Below, in pieces: positions 13,373-30,244 of a DNA stretch of 64,000 nt (the stretch's first letter is position 1; every line of letters starts with the position of its first letter). Both the position numbers and the translations under genes were made by a program. The notes below the pieces were generated by a model. It was not told the origin of the DNA. It did not search any database and saw only the letters and a program-made list of their open reading frames with translations. The stretch spans positions 213,528,001 through 213,592,000 of the forward strand of contig OZ024743.1 in the NCBI GenBank assembly GCA_964016885.1. The letters are read 5' to 3'. The stretch is from Eledone cirrhosa (lineage: Eukaryota).

Positions 13373-13426
13373 TTTATATATATATAAATCTTTAACTCTA
13401 AATTTATTCTGCTGACGCATTCCTTG

Positions 13427-13528
<102 letters not shown>

Positions 13529-13704
13529 GTAGAACACTGGAAGGTAATATACGTAGTGGTAGAACACTCAGTCCATGAGACGTGTTAGGTAGAAGTGGTT
13601 ACACAACAGTTAGTTCACCATACCACTATTGCATATTCTCTTTAGAATATTTATTCGTTCTTCAATACACAGTCCACACGACGGATTTCCCCATGCGTAT
13701 GGTT

Positions 13705-14488
13705 CTCTCCTCCATTCTCACTCAACGTTAAAACCAATGTAGGCAAACAATTTCCAGCCCTCTTAGATAGGTCATAAATACCGTTCCAGCTTTAACCGAC
13801 ACAAAGTAAAACTAGCATACTCCTGCGCTAAGAACATGAAGGCTCACATCACCAGCAGCCCTAGGAGCAACACCCCACCCGGGTGCTCTTGCCGTAAGCC
13901 CGAAGCTTGCCCCCTTCATCAGCAATGCAACACACTAGCTGTAATTTCTGAAGCTGTGGTCACTTCCAACCGACCAAACCAACCACAGGAGGTCAAATCC
14001 TATGTGGGCATGGCCGAGGGCCGATTTAAGGAACGTTTCCTGAACCATCAGTCGACCTTTAGGTACCCGGACGGACGTTCATCCACGAAACACGCGAGCC
14101 ACGTATGGTCCCTTAAGGACTCAAGTATAGACTACTCCATTCAATGGAAAGCCATCACAAAGTCAAAGCCATACGCAAGGGGAAATCCGTCGGGTGGACT
14201 GTGTATTGACGAACGAATAAATATTCTAAAGAGATTATGCAATAGTTATTGCCTAAACACGAGAAAGGAATTTTTCACACGTTGTCCACACGTCTCGAAA
14301 TACCTATTGCATAACTACAAGGCTCAAGATTGAATGAATTATATATAATATTTTTTCTTATCAATCAAAAACGTTTCGGACTTTCGCAGTTATCTCCCTT
14401 ACACCTCTCGCACGCATTTTAGTATTGCCTCTGTGAAGTGACGGGTTTCTGTTCATGCGCGTTCGTACGGTTGTCCTTCCTGTTCCGG
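13705..14488 (+). mobile_element. Penelope-like element 3' fragment with GIY-YIG endonuclease (ORF 13836-14333)
   Basis: SLNVKTNVGKQF..FNRHKVKLAYSC, CSCRKPEACPLHQQC, YVGMAEGRFKERFLNHQSTF, YSIQWK, LC..E. Confidence 0.88.
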
Positions 14489-14522
14489 ATATATATATAT
14501 ATATATGTGTGTGTATATATAT

Positions 14523-15850
<1,328 letters not shown>

Positions 15851-15857
15851 TAAATAA

Positions 15858-16455
<598 letters not shown>

Positions 16456-16458
16456 CAA

Positions 16459-16542
<84 letters not shown>

Positions 16543-17583
16543 AATGTAAATCAAAATCCATTCACAAGATCTTGATCAACCAGATTCTATGGTTGGCGAT
16601 AATAGCCGAAAATGCGGCAATAATAACGTGACTTATCCTCAAAATATGTGTTGGATGGCATGACACTACATAAGATGTGAACTAAAACCAGGTTTAATAT
16701 TGCATGCGTTATACAAATAGACAACAGAACACATGTAATATTTTATCTACAATTTGCCACAACTGGTGAGTATCTGCAATAATATGCAAGACAGTTTGTA
16801 AATACCTCAATACGTTAACATATTGTGAGTGTCCGAAATGTCAGAATTTTCGTATTACTTACACCAACTTAATTTTTTGAAACCTAGGATATCTATTCAA
16901 TATTGTATCCATTTTGTGCAAACCTTTCTACGATTACTGAAATTTTCCGTTTGTTTGTGTTGTGATCCACCATCGAGATGTATTATTCCCATTCTCATCT
17001 TCCTGAAATGCGTGTTACTATCTGCTCTACTGTTGCTGTTGCTGCTGGTACTGGATTATAGTAAGATTATTTCTACGTCTGGCATCAGGTGACATCCCAT
17101 TCTATAGAGGCAATATGAATCCACTACTCTTCAGTTACAAGACGACAAATGTTTATCTATATTGCAATAGTCACTCTCAAGTGCACAAGAGTGAAAATCT
17201 CTTACAAAATACCATAATGTATTATAACAAATAATATCATGTGGTAAAACCGAGAAAAGAAATCCGAAATCCAACAGATTCAGATGCATATACCAACCTA
17301 TCGGCTGTTCTCCATGTGTTACATAACCACCCACTCCAAAGACCAACAATCAGTACCAATTGCCTTTAGAAAGTGAAAATATAATTAGCGTTAAAATATC
17401 GCCTTGGGTAAAAAACCAAATGAATTAAAAAAAAGAAGTCACACAAAACAAAACACGACCACAGAAAAGGCACAATAGAACAAAATAAAATAGATTAAAA
17501 GCAAGATATTACACGAGGTTAGATCATTTTGAGATTAATGAAGTAATAAAACAGAAAATAACTAAATATATATATCACTATAA

Positions 17584-17619
<36 letters not shown>

Positions 17620-17784
17620 CACTATAAACGGTGTTCTTTAAAATTTCAAATGCTGCAGGCTCTACAATCCATCCTTACGAAAAATAATCAAGAAACTATT
17701 GTACTCAGGCACACATAACTTATAACTTACATGATAATAATGATGATGATGATGGTGGTGTTGATGATGATGATGATGATGATG

Positions 17785-17834
<50 letters not shown>

Positions 17835-20473
17835 TCAAAAACAACCAAAGAAACTTCTACAGAAAAATTGGTAAGTCAACAATAACTGCTAAATCAATAC
17901 CACCCAAGGAGGAAGTGCAAGAATTCTGGGAAAAGATCTGGGCCGAAGAAAAAGTTCAGAACATACATGCCCCATGGATAGACAGACAAATGAAAGATAC
18001 AGCTCACCTTGAGGAACAAACATGGGAAAATATAACAGTTGAACAGTTGTGCTTGGCTCTAAGAAAAACCAGCAAATGGAAATCCCCAGGAAAAGACAAA
18101 ATACAAAACTTTTGGATAAATGCCTTCACAGAGTCTCACGAGCTGTTAGCCCAACTTTACAATGAAATAGTTAAGGAGCCAGAAAAGATACCTTCATGGC
18201 TAGTTAACGGCATTACATTCCTGCTTCCGAAGAATGATGAGACAAACAATCCAAAAAATTACAGACCGATAACTTGCTTGACCACAATGTATAACATTTT
18301 AACATCAGTCCTAACTGAATACACATATGACCACCTGATAACAAATGACCTATTTCCCATTGAGCAGAAAGGTGTAAACGAGGCTCATATGGCTGTAAGG
18401 ATCAGCTTCTGGTTAACAAAATGATACTGGAAGATTGTCATAATAGACACAAAAATCTATCGATTGCTTGGATAGATTATAAAAAAGCATTTGATAGTTT
18501 GCCACACAGTTGGATTGAAAAATGTTTAAAGATTTTCAAAGTATCCCCCGTTGTCAGGAGGTTTTTGTCATTCAGTATGAAGACATGGAAAACGACACTC
18601 CTTTTGAATAGTGAAACAAAATCACTGGAAGCTGGAGAAGTTAATATTAATTGTGGAATTTTTCAGGGTGACTCTTTATCACCGCTTTTATTCTGCATCG
18701 CACTTATACCATTAAGTAAAATGCTCAATGAAACAAAACATGGATATAAAGTCTATGACAAAACCATTAATCACCTGTTCTACATGGATGACGTGAAACT
18801 ATTTGCAAAAAATGATGAACAATTGCAAGGGCTATTATCCACTGTGAAGCAGTTCAGTGATGACATTAAAATGGAGTTTGGACTAGATAAATGCGCCAAA
18901 GCAACGTTCACCAGAGGAAAGCTGCTGAAGAGTTCAGACATTAATCTTGATAGGGGGAACGTGATAAGAGAACTTGATCAAGAAAAAACTTACAAATATC
19001 TAGGTGTTTGTGAAGGAGACGGAATCAAGCACTCGACAATGAGGGAAAGGATAAGGAAGGAATGTTACCGCAGAGTAAGAGCAATCTTAAGAACGGAATT
19101 GAATGCAAGGAATAGGATCGATGCCATAAACACGCTTGCCATACCAGTAGTAACCTACAGTTACAATGTCATCAACTGGTCAAGCACAGAGATCCGTAGG
19201 CTCGATACAAAAATTCGAAAATTCTTAACCATGCACAGAATGCATCACCCTAAAGCAGATATAGATAGAATATATCTCCTTAGGAAAGAAGGAGGACGTG
19301 GGTTAATCCTGTTAGACATTGCGTTGAAAACTGCAACAATTGGATTATCTACATATCTAAGGGAATCACATGATTGGATGATCAAACTCGTTTTGAAACA
19401 CGAAAGCATCAAAAGATCATATTCCATTACAAAAGATGCACAAAGATACAGTAATGGACTACAAATTTCAGAAGTCCCATTTACTGCTGAAATGGAAAAC
19501 ACAGAAAAAGCAAAGCAGGTAAAAGTAACTGCAAAGAAAGAACTGCTACAGAAACTGGCTAAGTAATGGCAAGAAAAGCCTCTGTATGGAAAATACCCAG
19601 AGCGAGCTAACAATCCTGATGTTGACAAAACTTTAACCCATCAGTGGTTGGCATCCTCTGGACTGAAATCGGAGACTGAAGAACTGATTATATCGTCACA
19701 AGATCAGTGTCTGCCAACAAAAAATTACCAAGCCAACATAATAAAAAATGGGTGTAGCCCATTATGCCGTGTATGCAAAAAACAACCAGAGACCATTAAA
19801 CATATAATTTCAATGTGCAGTCCTATAGCTCCAACCGAATACCTAAACAGGCATGACAGAGCTGCACAATACATACATTTGGATAATGTGTAAGCATTTT
19901 GACCTGCCCCATCAAAAGAATTGGTGGGAGCATCAACCACCTCCCATACTTGAAAAAGATCACTTCTCAATCTTGTGGAACTTTAGCATCCAAACAGACC
20001 GAAAAATAGATGCAAACAGACCTGATATAATATTGAAAGACTTTCAAAAGAGGGTATGCCTGCTAATTGATATGTTTGTTCCAATAGACAAGAATGTATC
20101 TATAAAAACATTTGAAAAATTGAGCAAGTATAAGGACCTGGAGATAGAAATTGGAAAAATGTGGAAATTGAGAACTAAAACAATACCAGTGGTTGTAGGC
20201 GCTCTGGGAATGATACCTAAGGGGTCTAATGATTACATATCGCAAATCCCAGGAAACCCGCGTATAGGAGAAATACAAAAGATAGTACTGATGGGAACTG
20301 CCCATATACTAAGGAAGATTCTGTCAATATAAGTACATCACAAGTCTAAACTCTAAAGATGCATGTGTGAATATGTATGTTCTTTCTTGAACATGGCAGA
20401 CCTTGTCTCTTGAGGTCACTGGTTGTGACCTGGTGATAACTCGTATGAACATAAAGCAAGATAAATGCAACTG
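17835..20473 (+). mobile_element. R4/Dong-clade RLE non-LTR retrotransposon A, 5'-truncated and frameshifted
   Basis: WKSPGKD, NYRPITCL, IDYKKAFDS, GIFQGDSLSPL, YMDD, CRVC..ETIKHIISMC, RHD, NRPDIIL (RLE); flanked by (TAA)n. Confidence 0.92.
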
Positions 20474-20498
20474 TAATAATAATAATAATAATAATCAA

Positions 20499-22030
20499 TA
20501 ATCAATTACCTCCTCTTCATGGACGATCTTAAGCTCTTCGGGAAGAGTGAGAAGGAGTTGGACGTGCTTGTTGAGACTGTCCGTATTTTCAGCAATGATA
20601 AATGTATGCAATTTGGTATTAGTAAGTGTGGAGTCCTTGTGATGAAGAGGGGTAAATTGAGCAGAAGCAACGGAATCCAGGTACCAACAGGTGAGATGAT
20701 AAAGGAAATTGACACTGAAGAAGGATACAAATATTTGGGTATTCTGGAGGCTGATGACATCAAGAACAAAAAAATGAAGGAATTGATAAGATCTGAATAC
20801 ATTCGGAGAGTAGGGAGCGTATTAAAGTCACATCTGAACAGTAGGAATGCCATTAGTGCAGTAAATTCCGGAGCTGTATCTATTATTAGGTACAGTGCGG
20901 GAATTCTGAGATGGAATGTTGCCGAACAAAAAGAAATGGATAGGAAGACTAGGAAACTATTGACTATCTACAACATGTTCCACAAGAGGAGTGATGTCGA
21001 TAGACTCTACTTAAGGAGATCTGAAGGTGGAAGAGGTCTTATCAGCATAGAGGACTGTGTTCAGATGGAGAAAACCAACCTGCACAAATACGTGACCGAT
21101 AGTAAGGAGCCAATGCTCAGAATTGTACTGAAGGAGAGGACAATAGACCAGGGGATGTCCAAGGAGGAAATAACAACGAGGAGAAAGAGCAACCTTCATG
21201 AAAAATCCCTTCATAGTACCTTCTTTGAGAAAACGGAATTCAGAGATCCACAGACATGGAACTGGTTGAGAAGAGGATATCTTAAAAAGGCTACAGAAGG
21301 AATGCTAATGGCTTCGCAAGAGCAGGCCCTCAAAACGAAGTGGCTGAAACACCATATTTACAAGGAGGAGGCTAGCCCACTGTGCAGGATCTGTGGAGAG
21401 AGAGAGAGGAGACTGTGGCTCACATTGTATCCGAGTGTAAACACCTAGCCCAGACTCACTATAAAGGCTGGAGACATGATGTGATAGGCAGGGTGATCCA
21501 CTGGCACCTATGCAAAGTAAACAATTTACCTCATTCTGAGAAGTGGTATGAGCATAAGCCAGAGTCGGTGATAGAAAACGATCAGGTGAAGGTGCTGTGG
21601 GATTTTAGGATACAGACGGACAAGTAACTGGAACACAATAGACCTGACCTGGTGGATTTGGACAAGGAAAAAAGATCGTGCCTGATTGTGGATGTGGCCT
21701 CCCCATTCGACACGAGAGTGCAAGAGAAGTAGAGGGAGAAAATTAACCGATACCAGGACTTAAAGTGGGAGATAAAAAGGATTTGGAACTGCCATGAAGT
21801 CAAAGTGGTCCCGATTGTCATAGGCGCACTAGGTACTATCTCAAAAAGTTTCCAGCGATGGTTAAAGAAAATTGGCCACGCCCCGCTTTTTGGAACACTT
21901 CAAAAGGCATGCTTGCTGGGAACAGCAAGAACTCTCCGATACGTCCTGAATATCTGAGACTGCAGGTAGTGGCTTGATATTCATTTCAACAAACTTTCCA
22001 GTTAACTAACATCAATGACTGAGACTCAAA

Positions 22031-22031
<1 letters not shown>
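20499..22031 (+). mobile_element. R4/Dong-clade element B (second family), 5'-truncated
   Basis: FMDDLKL..CRICG..ETVAHIVSEC..RHD..NRPDL; highly similar to element C and followed by (AAT)n. Confidence 0.92.
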
Positions 22032-22119
<88 letters not shown>

Positions 22120-22989
22120 CACGAGGTGGTAGAAGGTCATGAAATCGCTCCCGTAAGTTTTGAATTTTTAACATATTTAAATCATTTGTGAAATAACAAC
22201 TCTTAGTACAAATGCTACGTAAAGCATCCGGCTTGAGCCCCCAAAAAATTCGGACCCAAAATATATTGTTATAAGGCTCAAATATTCAAATATTCAACTT
22301 TGTATTGTACATTGTATATTCAAAAAAGAAAATGGCTATAAATGGAAGAAGACCCCCCCCTCCCCCTCCTCTGTCTACACTATATAGAACAGCCAAACAA
22401 CACCAATCTCACCAACACCAGAAACTAGATACACCACCTACCCCATCACCTCTCTGTGTACACTAAACACAACAGCCAGATAACGGCCATCATTACTACC
22501 ACTATCCCACCATCACCGCCGCCACCACTCCTTCATTGCTACCACCGCTACAACACCATCACTATAGTAATACGATCACATCACCACCACCACTGCCTCG
22601 GTATCGACATCACCACCACCACTGTCTCAGTATCGCTAGCGCCGCTGCTCCCTCCCATTGCTTCTGCTAGTTGCTGCCACCACATTATAGAATTCCTACT
22701 AAAAAAGAGGAAGACATCAAAATATATAGATAGACTCAAAAGAAAAAAGAAAAAACAAACATCAAAACCAAAACAGCACAGCAACAACAGCAAAAAACGA
22801 GAAAAACAAACAGAGAAAAACAAAAACAAAAAACAAAAGAAAAACGTAAAGAAAATAAGAATGAAGAGAGAAACAAGCGGATGGGCAGAGAAGAGAGGGG
22901 AAAAACTAAGTCAGACATTCGAACACGACATTACAATGAAACTTATGCTTATTCATTTTGGGTTTTTTTTATGCCTGTGTGTTTGTTTG

Positions 22990-25900
22990 TTTATTTGTGT
23001 TCGTCTACAGCGTGGTGATAATGCCACACAAGTGCCAAATGGAACGGCGCAACCACCGGAAACGGTGAATCCACAGATGGCTATGTAACCATACATTCGC
23101 CAATCCTCGATAAGAGTGTTTAAATATCGAACCTAAACAGTTCGAATAACGGTGAAATGGAGACTAGAACGTCATGTGACAGACTCTCACCCAACAGGTG
23201 CTCCCTGGCTCAGCAGCAGGAACCTGACTGTCAAACAAATACTGCTGGTGTTGGAGGAAGAAGAAGAAGGAAAGGGGCCAGAACCAACTGGACGAAAGAA
23301 TTGAATAGAACTGTTATGCAATGTTACCTGAAAAGTAACCCCAAAGAGAGGGGCTATAGGAGACCGATGCATAACATCTGGAACGAGATTCGTCTATTTA
23401 AATTAGATGAACAAAAATTGGCCGGGCAGGCTCGGGTAATAAGAACTAATGGGTGGATAAGGGAGCTGGTACTGGAGGAACTGAGCAGAGAGAATAGCTT
23501 GGAGATGGAGGGTGTAGTATGCCAGACAAACGAGCCAGTGGGAAATGAAGGTGTAGAGGTCGAGAGAACGGAGGAACCACCCGAAGCAGACAATGATCTG
23601 AACACTGAGATAAATAATACCTGGAACAGAGGTTCGGCCACTGAGGAGATGAATGCTGACGGGCTAGGACAAGATTCGGTTGACATCCTAAATTTAGTGG
23701 TAGATGAATTGAACAATGATAGTGGGAGACATATGAACCTAAGATTTGTAGACAGGAAAAAGTTAAAAGAAACAACAGCTAAGGTAAACAAAGTCATCCC
23801 ATACCTTGAGGCGAGGAGCCTTCACCAGTGCAACAATATCCTCAAAGCAACAGCAAATACGGTGAGGAAACTACTTGGTATAAAAGCGAGAGGAAACAAC
23901 AGACAAGAAAGAGCAGAACCTTGGTGGAAGAAACGACTGAGTGGTCAAATCAAGGAAATGAGAAATGACATAGTCACTACAGAATGGGACACTAAAAAAC
24001 ATAGGCACTAAAAATAGACTGGAAATAAAGTACAAAACTAGGAGGAAAAAGCTAAATATTATCATAGAGGAACTGAAGCAACGCATTGTAGCAAAGAGTG
24101 CAAAAATCAGGCGATACGAGAACAGAGTCAGTCAGTATAAACAGAACCGCATGTTCGACAACAACCAGAAGATGCTATTTGGACAGCTTGAGGGGAAAGA
24201 AAGAGGCAACGACTTGATCCCTGAGGCGGAACAAACTAAAACATTCTGGAGAGGAATATGGGAGCAGGATGTTAGACATAATGACCAGGCAGGGTGGATT
24301 GAGACAGTACAGAGGGAGATCGGTGAGCAGGCACACCAACAAACTGATTTGAGTATCACAGTTGAAACTCTTAAGGGGCAGGCAAAAAAACTAACCAACT
24401 GGAAATCACCAGGCCCAGATGGTGTGCAGGGGTATTGGATTAAAAATTTAACATCCCTCCACCCGAAACTGACGGCCATGTTCAATGACTGCTTGGTGTC
24501 GGGTGAGGTGCCAGAGTGGTTGACAAAAGGTACCACAGTTCTGATAATGAAAGACCGAATCAAGGGTAATGATGTTACCAACTATAGACCTATCACATGT
24601 CTGTCCGTAATGTGGAAACTGTTGACGAGCATTGTGTCTGAGGAAATCTACCATCACCTCCACACAAACAACTTGTTACCGGACGAGCAGAAAGGATGCC
24701 GAAAGAAGTCACGTGGTACAAAGGACCAGTTACTTATTGATAAGATGGTAATGGAGAATTGCAGGAGGAGACACACTGATCTTGCCATGGGATGGATAGA
24801 CTACAGAAAGGCATTTGACATGGTGCCTCACCCTTGGATCACCAAAAGCCTGGGGATCTTCAAGGTGGCAGATAACATCAGACAGTTGCTGGGCCGGAGT
24901 ATGGGGTCCTGGGAGACAGAGTTGACATCAACTGGAGAATCCTTGGGAAGCGTGAAGATCAAGAGAGGTATCTTCCAGGGAGATAGCCTGTCCCCTCTGT
25001 TGTTTGTCCTTGCCCTGATGCCCTTGACCATTATGCTGCGAAAAGTGAGAGCAGGATACAAGCTGGGAAAGGGAGAGCTTACCATCAATCACCTCCTCTT
25101 CATGGACGATCTTAAGCTCTTCGGGAAAAGTGAGAAGGAGTTGGATGTGCTTGTTGACACTGTCCGCATTTTCAGCAGTGATATATGTATGCAGTTTGGT
25201 ATTAGTAAGTGTGGAGTTATTGTGATGAGGAAGGGTAGGTTGAGCAGAAGTAACGGAATCCAGATACCAACAGGTGAGATGATAAAGGAAATTGACTCTG
25301 AGGAAGGATACAAGTATTTGGGCGTTCTGGAGGCTGACAGCATAAATAACAAAAAAATGAAGGAATTGTTAAGAACTGAATACATTCGGAGAGTAAGGAG
25401 CGTATTGAAGTCACATCTGAACAGCAGAAATGCCATAAGCGCAGTAAATTCCCGAGCTGTGTCTATTATTAGGTACAGTGCTGGAATTCTGAGATGGAAT
25501 GTTGCTGAACAAAAAGAAATGGATAGGAAGACTAGGAAACTATTGACTATCTACAACATGTTCCACAAGAGGAGTGATGTCGATAGACTCTACCTAAGGA
25601 GATCTGAGGGCGGAAGAGGTCTTATCAGCATAGAGGACTGTGTTCAGATGGAGAAAAACAACCTATACAAATACGTGACTGATAGTAAGGAGCCAATGCT
25701 CAGAACTGTACTGAAGGAGGGGACAGTAGGCCAGGGGATGTCCAAGGAGGAAATAACATCAACGAGAAAGAGCAGGCTTCAGGGAAAATCCCTTCATAGT
25801 ACCTTCTTTGAGAAAACTGAATTTAGAGATCCACAGACATGGAACTGGTTGAGAAGAGGAGACCTCAAAAAGGCTACAGAAGGAATGTTAATGGCTGCGC

Positions 25901-26611
25901 AGGAGCAGGCCCTCAAAACGAATTGGTTGAAACACCATATTTACAAGGAGGAGGCTAGCCCACTGTGCAGGATCTGTGGAGAGAGAGAGGAGACTGTGGC
26001 TCACATTGTATCCGAGTGTAAACACCTAGCCCAGACCCACTATAAGGGCTGGAGACATGATGTGATGGGCAGGGTGATCCACTGGCACCTGTGCAAAGTA
26101 AACAATTTACCACATTCTGAGAAATGGTATGAGCATAGGCCAGAGGCGGTGATGGAGAACGATCAGGTGAAGGTGCTGTGGGATTTCAGGATACAGACGG
26201 ACAAGAAACTGGAACACAATAGACCTGACCTGGTGGTTGTGGACAAAGAAAAAAGAGCGTCTCTGATTGTGGATGTGGCCTGCCCATTCGACACGAGAGT
26301 GCAAGAGAAGGAGAGGGAGAAAATTAACCGATACCAAGACTTAAAGTGGGAGGTAAAATGGATTTGGAACTGCCATGAAGTCAAAGTGATCCCGATTGTC
26401 ATAGGTGCACTGGGGACTATCTCCAAAAGTTTCCAGGGATGGTTAAAGAAAATCGGCCCCTTCACGCTTTTTGGAACGCTTCAAAAGGCATGCTTGCTGG
26501 GAACAGCAAGAACCCTCCGATACGTTCTGAATATCTGAGGCTGCAGGTAGTGGCTTGATATTCATTCCAACGGACTTTCCAGTTAACCAACATCAATGAT
26601 TGAGATTCAAG

Positions 26612-26612
<1 letters not shown>
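22990..26612 (+). mobile_element. R4/Dong-clade element C, near full-length (5' boundary approximate)
   Basis: N-terminal WTKELNRTVMQCY..GYRRPMHNIW domain, RT, CCHC and RLE, 3' UTR, then (AAT)n. Confidence 0.92.
23157..26538 (+). pseudogene. Single ORF of element C (N-terminal domain-RT-CCHC-RLE) with one apparent frameshift near 23980
   Basis: ORF 23157-24011 is followed by a second frame that appears open from ~23980 and includes the 795-aa ORF 24151-26538. Confidence 0.88.
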
Positions 26613-26671
<59 letters not shown>

Positions 26672-26674
26672 TGA

Positions 26675-26950
26675 GGACCTAAAGTGGGAGGTGAAAAGGA
26701 TTTGGAACTGCCATGAAGTCAAAGTGATCCCGATTGTCATAGGCGCACTGGGGACTACCTCCAAAAGTTTCCAGGGATGGTTAAAGAAAATCGGCCCCTT
26801 CACGCTTTTTGGAACGCTTCAAAAGGCATGCTTGCTTGGAACAGCAAGAACCCTCCGATACGTCCTGAATATCTGAGGCTGCAGGTAGTGGCTTGATATT
26901 CAATCCAACGGACTTTCCAGTTAACCAACATCAATGACTGAGATTCAAGG
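26675..26950 (+). mobile_element. R4/Dong-clade element D, extreme 3' fragment of the B/C family
   Basis: Near-identical to 26337-26612. Confidence 0.92.
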
Positions 26951-26980
26951 AATAACAACTACAATAACAACAATAATAAT

Positions 26981-27171
26981 AGCAATTTTTGGGGAGGGAA
27001 AAGTCGATTAAATCGACCCCAATGCGTGACTGGTACTTTATTTTATCGACCTCGTAAGGATGAAAGGCAAAGTTAACCTCGGCGGGATTTGAAGTCAGAT
27101 CATAAAAGGCCGTAACTCTATGCTGCAAAGCATGTTGTCCGATGCTCTACCGATACTGCCGATCCACCGCC
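26981..27171 (-). mobile_element. Octopod-type SINE, nearly complete
   Basis: Minus strand GGCGG..GGCAGTATCGGTAG..TTCAAATCCCGCCGAGGTTAACTTTGCCTTTCATCC..GATAAAATAAAGTACCAGT. Confidence 0.8.
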
Positions 27172-27499
27172 TTAACAATAATAATAATAGTAATAATAAT
27201 AATGATAATGATAATAATAATAAAAACAAATAAACAGATCTAAGCAGGAAAAAGCACTCCACCTCAGTCGTATATATCCAACATTAAAATGGTGATCAAA
27301 CGCAACGGATTTTCTATATATGAATTAAAGTTAAGACACGTGCTATGGTTACATAATTGTATTTATTGCATAATACTCATTTTGGTTACACCAATATACA
27401 GCCATCATGCATTCATTGAAACAGCAACTGGCACCGTTTTGATATCACCGGACGTTAACACAATTATGTTAAAAAATTTAGTTAAGTAGATATACCGTG

Positions 27500-28420
27500 G
27501 GCAAATGATTTAATGTTTGCGAAAGCTCAGTCAACATTTGTATCGATTCTGTGATATAGCCTGGGTAATTTTCCATAGTCTTGCGCACGCAAGGTTGATT
27601 TATCATGGCCACAGTGCAACGTCAAGCTACTTTGACATTCCAACAATCACCGATTTGAGATAAAACAAAATATTCTGTTTGAATTCAGATCCAGCCTCAT
27701 TAGAACCGTGCCCAAGACGTTTTCCTCTGGTGCACTAATATTCACTCAAAGACAGAAAGCATGCTCCTCCGTTAAGTTTTCGTTTTGTCAGCAGGTGGGT
27801 TTCAATGTTCCTTTCCTCGGTAACCAGTTTGAATTCATTAAATATTTGAGACAATTGTCCACGTAGATCTTCAAGGTCATTCACGTATGAATCTGGATTT
27901 GAAACCTCTGCATCCACAGTAGAAGCCACTGCCTATATGAGCTGATTTCTGCTGTTAATCTATATGAGAATATTCAACCACAACGATGACATAAGGATGC
28001 AAATAAAGGATAACACATATTTCATTACGCACTTTACTTCATTAGTGGCTTTGCCTGTGAAGTTGAAGTGTAAGATTATTCCAGTAAGTTCGGTTGTAAT
28101 TCGTCTCATAATTGTCACTCTGTGTGTCCTAAAAAGATTAAACAAAGTGTGGATGGATTCTCTAACACGTTCCTTGAAAACAACTCAGCAAAACTGCCTT
28201 GGTGCAATATACTGTAGAATGTATTCCATGTACGCTTAGTCAATTGAGGAACGCACGATTGTTTGGAAGCGAATATGTATAGTTCAGTATAATTATATTT
28301 GGCAGATATATTAGCAATGTTATCACAAATATCTTCATGACAATCCTGAACTGGTATCACAAAATAATTGAGTGTCTTCATATTCAGTAGCCATGTACTT
28401 GCAACAATCAATAAAGGTTA
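27500..28420 (-). mobile_element. Possible heavily decayed hAT transposase relic
   Basis: DCHEDICDNIANISAKYN resembles the hAT motif DCRGQCYDNAANMSGKY; many stops. Confidence 0.4.
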
Positions 28421-29175
28421 AAAATCGTAAAATGCCGGATTAAAGATAGAAACCATAGAATAGAGAGCTGAAAAAATGCAAAAGGCCTATAATCCTATAG
28501 ATTGGTTTTATGATATTTTTTATTATATACACACAGATTAACAAACTTATGCCTACGGTCACAGTAACACACACACACACGCATGCGTGCGCACGGGTAC
28601 ACTGGTTGCAAATTACTGATACGCAAAAACACATACATACACACCCACATGAACACACAAACTCACATACATACACACACACGTGCATATATATATATAT
28701 ATTTCTGTACCCACCAAAAAGCTAATATGCATATATGAATGCATAATAATCTAAATGCATATCCATACACACAAGAAGTGACAGTATCCCAAGTAACCGC
28801 ATCATCAAATATAAATGGAATCACACGCCTATTGTATATTTATGAATTTATGCTTTCACATATACACATATACCTTTATAGTAATATATGTATGCACACA
28901 TATCCACATACAATCATGCAATGCGTATATATAAATTCAAACACACATTTACTCACACTCACAAACGTATGCACTATCACCTTACGCACCTATAAATTTA
29001 TGTACACATATACACACATATGAATTCACATACATCTGAGCGGTATACTTAAAAAAAAATAGATGTTAAATTTATGTAGAACGTGTTAACATAAGGAGAA
29101 AGAAAGTAAGGGAGCGGTGAGAGAGAGAAAGAGAGGGAGAGAGAGAGAGAGGGGGTAGAGATAGAGATAGAGATA

Positions 29176-29207
<32 letters not shown>

Positions 29208-29439
29208 CAAGCGTGAGGAATTTTCTGATTTAGAATACTTTCTCACAAAGTTCTATATTCTCATTTTTTTATTTTAGAACACCCCTCTTCAACTCTGCCT
29301 CTCCCACACTATTAACCTCTTCGTCCTTTCTGAATTTCTTTTCACGGATGCGACTTTTTCACCACTACAAGGGCGGTTCAGTGTCAGGATTTCTTCAACA
29401 TGGAATTTCTGCAAAAAATTTGTGGAGGTTCATTGAAGT

Positions 29440-30060
29440 TTCATATTTACTTAAAATGGATGATTGTGGATAAATAGAGGGATAGAAATTTTGAATTACT
29501 GAATTGTGGTTAAAATGTTAGGTAATTGTTGGTTAAATTGAAGGCTAAATAAGTTGGTAAAATAGTAGTTTTGGGGAAAAAAAATTTGGTACAATGACTG
29601 GGGATAAATCCATAGGTAAAATCCTTGTTAAGATCGTGTATAAAACAGTAAAACGCTGGGTAAAATAGATAGTTGAGTGTGGGTAAGAAGTGAATAAAAG
29701 GTTACTTTGTTGTGAATAAATTGGGTGAGTAATGTCATAGTCAAAATAATTTATCGAGGATTAAACTAGTTAAGCCGTGGGTAAAAAGTGATTAAAGGAT
29801 AGTTCTGAACAGAATTTAGGATAATATATTGGGAAGAATACCTGACTGCGTTTAATACTGAGGCTATATGATGGGTAAATACATAGGTAAATTGATAGAT
29901 TTCGTGTGAAATGTTGAGTAAAAGTGTGGGTAAAACTGTTGACAAGATGGTGGGTAAAGTACAGCAATCTTAGTAACTGGGTAAACTTTGCTTAAATTAG
30001 TCAATAAAGTAAAATCATAGGTACAATAGAGCATTGCAGATGAGTAGAGCTGTGGTAAAG
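29440..30060. repeat. Highly degenerate short-period tandem repeat (TGTGGGTAAAA-like)
   Basis: Recurrent GGTAAA/GGGTAAA motifs with strong strand asymmetry. Confidence 0.55.
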
Positions 30061-30244
30061 TGCGCCAGGATACAAAGTTTCACGGACATTCTGAACTGGG
30101 AGTTCATCAGTTCTCATAACTGAAGCCATTTATGATCTAACACGTTTTATTTATAATTTCATTATTCATTGTATCCCCCTAATAAAAAGATAAGTGGTTC
30201 TTGTGCATGTATTCTATATATAATATACATGTTTTCATTGTCGA

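Noticed and set aside
22456-23088. 210-aa ORF upstream of Dong element C
   Set aside because: Low-complexity ACC- and A-rich DNA with no domain signature.
23010-23110. HDV-like ribozyme in the 5' UTR of the R4/Dong element
   Set aside because: Only simple hairpins were found; I could not build the nested double pseudoknot.
30065-30115. Hammerhead-like boxes on the minus strand (CUGAUGA..GAAACUUUGUA)
   Set aside because: Stem II has only 2 bp and stem I is mismatched; could be chance or a very old relic.
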